UHGV virus genome: UHGV-0149441
Source of the DNA: a virus
Direction: 5' to 3' (one strand)
Length of the DNA: 42,052 nt
The notes under the pieces were generated by a model, which did no database searches, had not been told where the DNA came from, and was given only the letters and a program-made list of their open reading frames with translations. This document shows, piece by piece, positions 38,198 through 42,052 of this stretch. How positions within the stretch are numbered: position 1 is the first letter of the stretch; every line of letters begins with the position of its first letter. A program made the translations under genes and the position numbers.

Positions 38198-38611
38198 TTA
38201 TGAAAAATACTTATTAAAAAACGCTCTACCTTCATCGATTGCAGGTTCCCAAAAAGGCTGTGCATGTTGCCCTTTAGTTGTGTGCCAATGTCCGTCTGCG
38301 TCTTTGTAACGCCACGGGATATTCTTTGCACGACTACCACCCGGACCGGCTGCGTATATCCCTGTACCGTAGTTGACGTAAACTGCGTACTCACTGCCGA
38401 TATTAATAACGCCTGTTAATCCACCCTTCTTAAAGTCCATAGAAACACTTTCTCTAAGATAACCGGTATCAACAGGCATGTTACTAACTATTGAATTGTG
38501 AATAATTGTTGTTGTCTTGGCTATACCTTTTTTAGCCCATCTAATCGTTTCTTTTTCAAACTCTTCAAGTTCCTTAACTAAATCCCAATTTCCGTATTTA
38601 ACCTTAGCCAA
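38198..38611 (-). CDS. HK97 gp10-like head-tail joining protein
   Basis: 137 aa, by position and size. Confidence 0.45.
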   Translation of the reverse strand: MAKVKYGNWDLVKELEEFEKETIRWAKKGIAKTTTIIHNSIVSNMPVDTGYLRESVSMDFKKGGLTGVINIGSEYAVYVNYGTGIYAAGPGGSRAKNIPWRYKDADGHWHTTKGQHAQPFWEPAIDEGRAFFNKYFS

Positions 38612-38933
38612 TAGGACATTCTCTCAATCTTGTTAAGTTGATTTCTTGTTGTCCGCCTTGGTCGACAGGTTCTCCTACTACTTCGTAAGTTTTACCGTTG
38701 TATTTAAATAAGTTTGTGTTAGTTATTGGCAGGCTGTACGGCGTATATAGGTTTCTGTCGTATGATTGGTTCATTTGATGAAACTTGAGTTGTTCAGATG
38801 AAGTAGGCGTATCCATAAATCCTTGTATTGTTTTTTCGCTCTTAAAGCGCTCTTGTTCACGCGGATACTCTCCTACAACCTCTCTTGAGCCTAATTCGAT
38901 TGTATGAGGAAACTCATTTAATGGATTAAACAT
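38604..38933 (-). CDS. Head closure or head-tail adaptor protein
   Basis: 109 aa, by position. Confidence 0.45.
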   Translation of the reverse strand: MFNPLNEFPHTIELGSREVVGEYPREQERFKSEKTIQGFMDTPTSSEQLKFHQMNQSYDRNLYTPYSLPITNTNLFKYNGKTYEVVGEPVDQGGQQEINLTRLRECPIG

Positions 38934-39240
38934 GATAACCAGTCCAACGTAAGCGTCTAAATGGTTTAAGGTAACCGTATGTTTCCTTAGGTAGATCAGT
39001 AACGAAAGTGTAGCTCACAGTACCCATAGTACGTGAAGAAATATTGCTAGTCGTACCTTGTTTAATACAGTTAGCAATGAATTTCTCTACATTACTAGGT
39101 AATGACTTCCTATTGAATGTTTGATTACAATACTCTTCAGCTACATTCAGATACTTTTCAATAAGTAATTCGATTGTTTCGTCATTTGAAGTATCATCGA
39201 GTGAGAGATTGTTTAATAATTTAACGTCTTGTGCGTTCAT
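38926..39240 (-). CDS. Head-tail connector (gp6-like) protein
   Basis: 104 aa, by position. Confidence 0.45.
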   Translation of the reverse strand: MNAQDVKLLNNLSLDDTSNDETIELLIEKYLNVAEEYCNQTFNRKSLPSNVEKFIANCIKQGTTSNISSRTMGTVSYTFVTDLPKETYGYLKPFRRLRWTGYHV

Positions 39241-39530
39241 TACTCAACACTTCCTAATGCTTCAATGAGTTCATCTTTTTTCATACTAGAAAAGCCCTCT
39301 ATTTCACGTTCTTTAGCGAGTTCTCTTAATTCTGATACTTTCATACCTTTTAAGTCTTTGTCGCTCTCTACACGCTCAATAAGGGGCTTGTTTTGACGGT
39401 TCTCTTTTGTGGATAGTTCAGTTAATCGTTCATTACTTACATTTAAACCTTTACGAGGGAACGTATCTCCAACGTTATATTCGTAGTTGTTATCTTGTAA
39501 GTCTGTGAAGTATTCGATTACTTTATACAT
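39240..39530 (-). CDS. Rho N-terminal (SAP-like) domain protein
   Basis: 96 aa with a C-terminal MKVSELRELAKEREIEGFSSMKKDELIEAL Rho_N-like motif. It follows the capsid gene, as is common in Staphylococcus phages. Confidence 0.55.
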   Translation of the reverse strand: MYKVIEYFTDLQDNNYEYNVGDTFPRKGLNVSNERLTELSTKENRQNKPLIERVESDKDLKGMKVSELRELAKEREIEGFSSMKKDELIEALGSVE

Positions 39531-39546
39531 ACGTCACTACCTCCTT

Positions 39547-40377
39547 TTATGCGCCTGAGTCTGTAGTTCCTGCGCCTTTAGTAACCTTAACTGCTTTAGA
39601 TTCATCATATAAGTATGCTACATAATGTTTATCACTGTATAAAGCAGTTGTTTTAGTTGAAGGATCACGGTCAGTTTCTAAGAAGAAATCACGTTTAGTG
39701 ATTAATTTAACTGCACCACGTTTAGCTAAAATAGCTTCGCCCTCATCTAATTTCTTAGAACGTACAATTACTGCACCTAAAGCTTCACCAAATGCACCTT
39801 TAACGATAATGTTATCGCCTAATTCAGTCGCACGAGTGAAGTTTGAAGAAGCACTAGAACGTAACTTGCCAGCGTCTTTAGGGTTAATGAATAATACCAT
39901 TGGTTCTAAATCTTCATCGTCAAATGTATCAATAGCAGCTTCTAAACCTGCTAATGTACCAATATCTCCACTAACTGTTAATTTCGTGCCTCGTAAAGCT
40001 TCTAATACGTCGTTATCTACTTTGTTAGCAATGGCTAAGCCATGTTGACGTACTGCTTCGCCTTGAGGGTCACCATAACCAGATAATAAAGCTTCATCAG
40101 TAATATCAGTACCTTTACCGATTTTATGAATTTTAGCTTCACGTCTGTTAGTTTCAATTTTGTCTACAGGAATTTTTTGTCCTTCAGGTACTACTGTAGC
40201 ATCGCCACTGTAAACAAATGCAGGGAAAGTTAAAGTGTCACCTGGTTGTCCTACTAATGTACTGTCAATGTCTGCAAATTGTGCAAATCTCAATTTCTTA
40301 TCTAATTCTGCTTGCATCATAGGTTTTAATACTTCTGGAACGATTTGTGTACTTTTAGTTGTTGTTCCTTGTGCCAT
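39547..40377 (-). CDS. Major capsid protein
   Basis: 276 aa positioned after the scaffold. Strong RBS. Confidence 0.75.
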   Translation of the reverse strand: MAQGTTTKSTQIVPEVLKPMMQAELDKKLRFAQFADIDSTLVGQPGDTLTFPAFVYSGDATVVPEGQKIPVDKIETNRREAKIHKIGKGTDITDEALLSGYGDPQGEAVRQHGLAIANKVDNDVLEALRGTKLTVSGDIGTLAGLEAAIDTFDDEDLEPMVLFINPKDAGKLRSSASSNFTRATELGDNIIVKGAFGEALGAVIVRSKKLDEGEAILAKRGAVKLITKRDFFLETDRDPSTKTTALYSDKHYVAYLYDESKAVKVTKGAGTTDSGA

Positions 40378-40394
40378 ATGTTATTACCTCTTTT

Positions 40395-40988
40395 CTAATT
40401 GTTTATTAGAGTGTCGTAAGTTTTTCTATCATTAACAAATAGATTAGTTCTCTCTGCGACACTCATATTGTTAAATTCTTCTTGTGTAATCCCACCATTT
40501 ACGTTTTTACCGTCGTCTGGTGTGCGTCCACTTGGTTTACTTTCAGCAAATAAATAAGGCTTAGACTCTTTTAACGATTCAATCGCTTTATCTAAACCTT
40601 TAACTTTGCCGTCATCTTGTAGTTCTAGTTCATCTTTGTTGATGAAAGCTAGAATGTCGTCAGCGTCGTTTGCGTCTTTCGCAACAGCTAACTTAACAGC
40701 GTTATTCAATTGTGATTCTTGGTACTTAGTTTGCCACTCTGCGTTTTTATCTTTTAATTCATCGAGTTCTTTTTGTAACTCGCTATCATCTTTCACAGAG
40801 TCATGTAATTTGGCAATTTGTTCATCACGGTTAGTAATCTCTGCTTTTAATTCATCGATTTCAGCGTTCTTGTCATTCAGTCGAGAACGTGGTACCATAC
40901 CTGATTTCGATTCATCAATAGCGTCAATCACTTTCTGTTTATCGATTTCACCGTCTTTAAATTGCCCTAATAATGCGTATAAGTCCAT
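40395..40988 (-). CDS. Scaffolding protein
   Basis: 197 aa, acidic and coiled-coil, upstream of the capsid gene. Confidence 0.65.
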   Translation of the reverse strand: MDLYALLGQFKDGEIDKQKVIDAIDESKSGMVPRSRLNDKNAEIDELKAEITNRDEQIAKLHDSVKDDSELQKELDELKDKNAEWQTKYQESQLNNAVKLAVAKDANDADDILAFINKDELELQDDGKVKGLDKAIESLKESKPYLFAESKPSGRTPDDGKNVNGGITQEEFNNMSVAERTNLFVNDRKTYDTLINN

Positions 40989-41081
40989 ATTTAATTGCTC
41001 CTTTTACGTTTTTTACGTGTAACGACACGAAAGATTTGTATAAAAAAGAAGCCTTTTAACGACGGTGCTAAGGTCGAGTAT

Positions 41082-42029
41082 TTACTGCTTACGTTTATTC
41101 TTCTCCCACTCTCTATAGTTAGTGAAAGGTATCACGCCATCTTCTTTAGTTCTCATCGTTGTAGGTAATTCATCTTCGTCTATGTAATAAAGAAGCTTAC
41201 AACGACAATTGATGTTCTCTTTCGCACTAGCTACACCTATAAACAACTTAGGTGCAGGACCTACACAACCACTTGAGTGAAAGTTATCTTCAATATCAAC
41301 TGAAGTGCCGTCTAAGTGTCTGTGTGTATCACGTGTGCGTGTATCTTTAGTAGCATACCAACGTTTTTTCATATCAAGTCCGTTATCTTTAGCTACCATT
41401 GCACTATCTAATCCAGCTTGTGACAATGCACGTCCTGTTTCTGTACGTGCTACTCTTACTGATTGCGCTTTTGCCATTCCTAAGTCATCTCTTAATGCTT
41501 TAGCTATCTTAGAATATCCCTCGCCACTCATAATGCCTTGTGTTATGTGTGTACGAATACGTTTCAATGTATCATCACGATGTTTCTGTAATGTAGGTAC
41601 TAACTTAATAAACTCAATAGGTTGTTCTATTGCCGTCTGTATCGTTTGTGTGGTTGGTATATCAAAGTTCATAGACGTTTGACTTGCTACTTCATACAAA
41701 AATAGGCTCATCATGTACTTTTCGATATAGACGTTCTGTTGTGACTGTTTGATAGCCTTAGCGACTTCTCTGTAGTCTTGAGATAACATCTGTCCTATAC
41801 GATTAAGTTCTTTATTGAGCCTGTTGTATTTATTAAATTCAGTCCACGTTACTTTCGGTTCATCTCTATCGTACCTTTCGTACATATTCACTATAATCTG
41901 TTTAATTTCTTTCAAACGTTTAGCAAATAGTATTTCGATTTCTTTCTCTGCTTGATTAACCAGTTTGTCGATGTAGTTATCTATGTCATTCTGATTGGTT
42001 ATTTTCGGATTGTCTTTGTTGTTCGCCAT
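41082..42029 (-). CDS. Minor head / head morphogenesis protein (SPP1 gp7-like, Mu F-like)
   Basis: 315 aa at the first position of the head module. Confidence 0.65.
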   Translation of the reverse strand: MANNKDNPKITNQNDIDNYIDKLVNQAEKEIEILFAKRLKEIKQIIVNMYERYDRDEPKVTWTEFNKYNRLNKELNRIGQMLSQDYREVAKAIKQSQQNVYIEKYMMSLFLYEVASQTSMNFDIPTTQTIQTAIEQPIEFIKLVPTLQKHRDDTLKRIRTHITQGIMSGEGYSKIAKALRDDLGMAKAQSVRVARTETGRALSQAGLDSAMVAKDNGLDMKKRWYATKDTRTRDTHRHLDGTSVDIEDNFHSSGCVGPAPKLFIGVASAKENINCRCKLLYYIDEDELPTTMRTKEDGVIPFTNYREWEKNKRKQ

Positions 42030-42052
42030 TCAATCCCTCCTCAATGTCAGGG

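Noticed and set aside
1-42052. Looked for CRISPR arrays, tRNA or rRNA genes, IS elements or transposases
   Set aside because: There are no regularly spaced direct repeats, no tRNA-like cloverleaf candidates with a GTTCGA T-loop in intergenic regions, and no transposase-like ORFs. The mobile element is the phage itself.

Overview
The window reads as a nearly complete genome, probably the complete circularly permuted genome, of a temperate Staphylococcus siphovirus (AT-rich). It is presented in reverse-complement orientation, so almost all genes lie on the minus strand. The two window ends appear to split the portal gene.

Reading the minus strand from 42052 down to 1, the modules are:
- Head: minor head protein, scaffold, major capsid, Rho-N-domain protein, connectors.
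- Tail: major tail protein, G/T chaperones with a -1 frameshift, tape measure, Dit, Tal with an SGNH esterase domain, an 888-aa beta-helix tail protein, a 510-aa fibre, an XkdX/XhlA pair, and a CHAP plus glucosaminidase virion hydrolase.
- Lysis: holin, then a CHAP-amidase_3-SH3b endolysin.
- An intact attP region with TTGACAC arm-type repeats, followed by a plus-strand lysogeny block: tyrosine integrase, a 307-aa lipoprotein moron, and a LexA-like (S24) cI repressor.
- A divergent cro, then an antirepressor and a moron hotspot.
- A recombination and replication module: Gp157, Sak4, an SSB-like protein, DUF968/HNH, an AP2 protein, a replisome organiser, and a DnaC-like loader.
- A long run of small early ORFs, including an HNH endonuclease, a DUF3310 protein, two paralogous genes, a Lar-family restriction-alleviation homologue, and a dUTPase.
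- An ArpU/RinA-like late activator, a 450-bp regulatory gap, terS, terL, and the portal, which runs off the left edge.

There are no rRNA, tRNA or CRISPR arrays and no obvious transposase. The candidate accessory or counter-defence loci are the int-cI lipoprotein, a plus-strand promoter-equipped moron at 15517-15795 embedded antisense in the early operon, and the Lar-like gene with its unknown neighbours.
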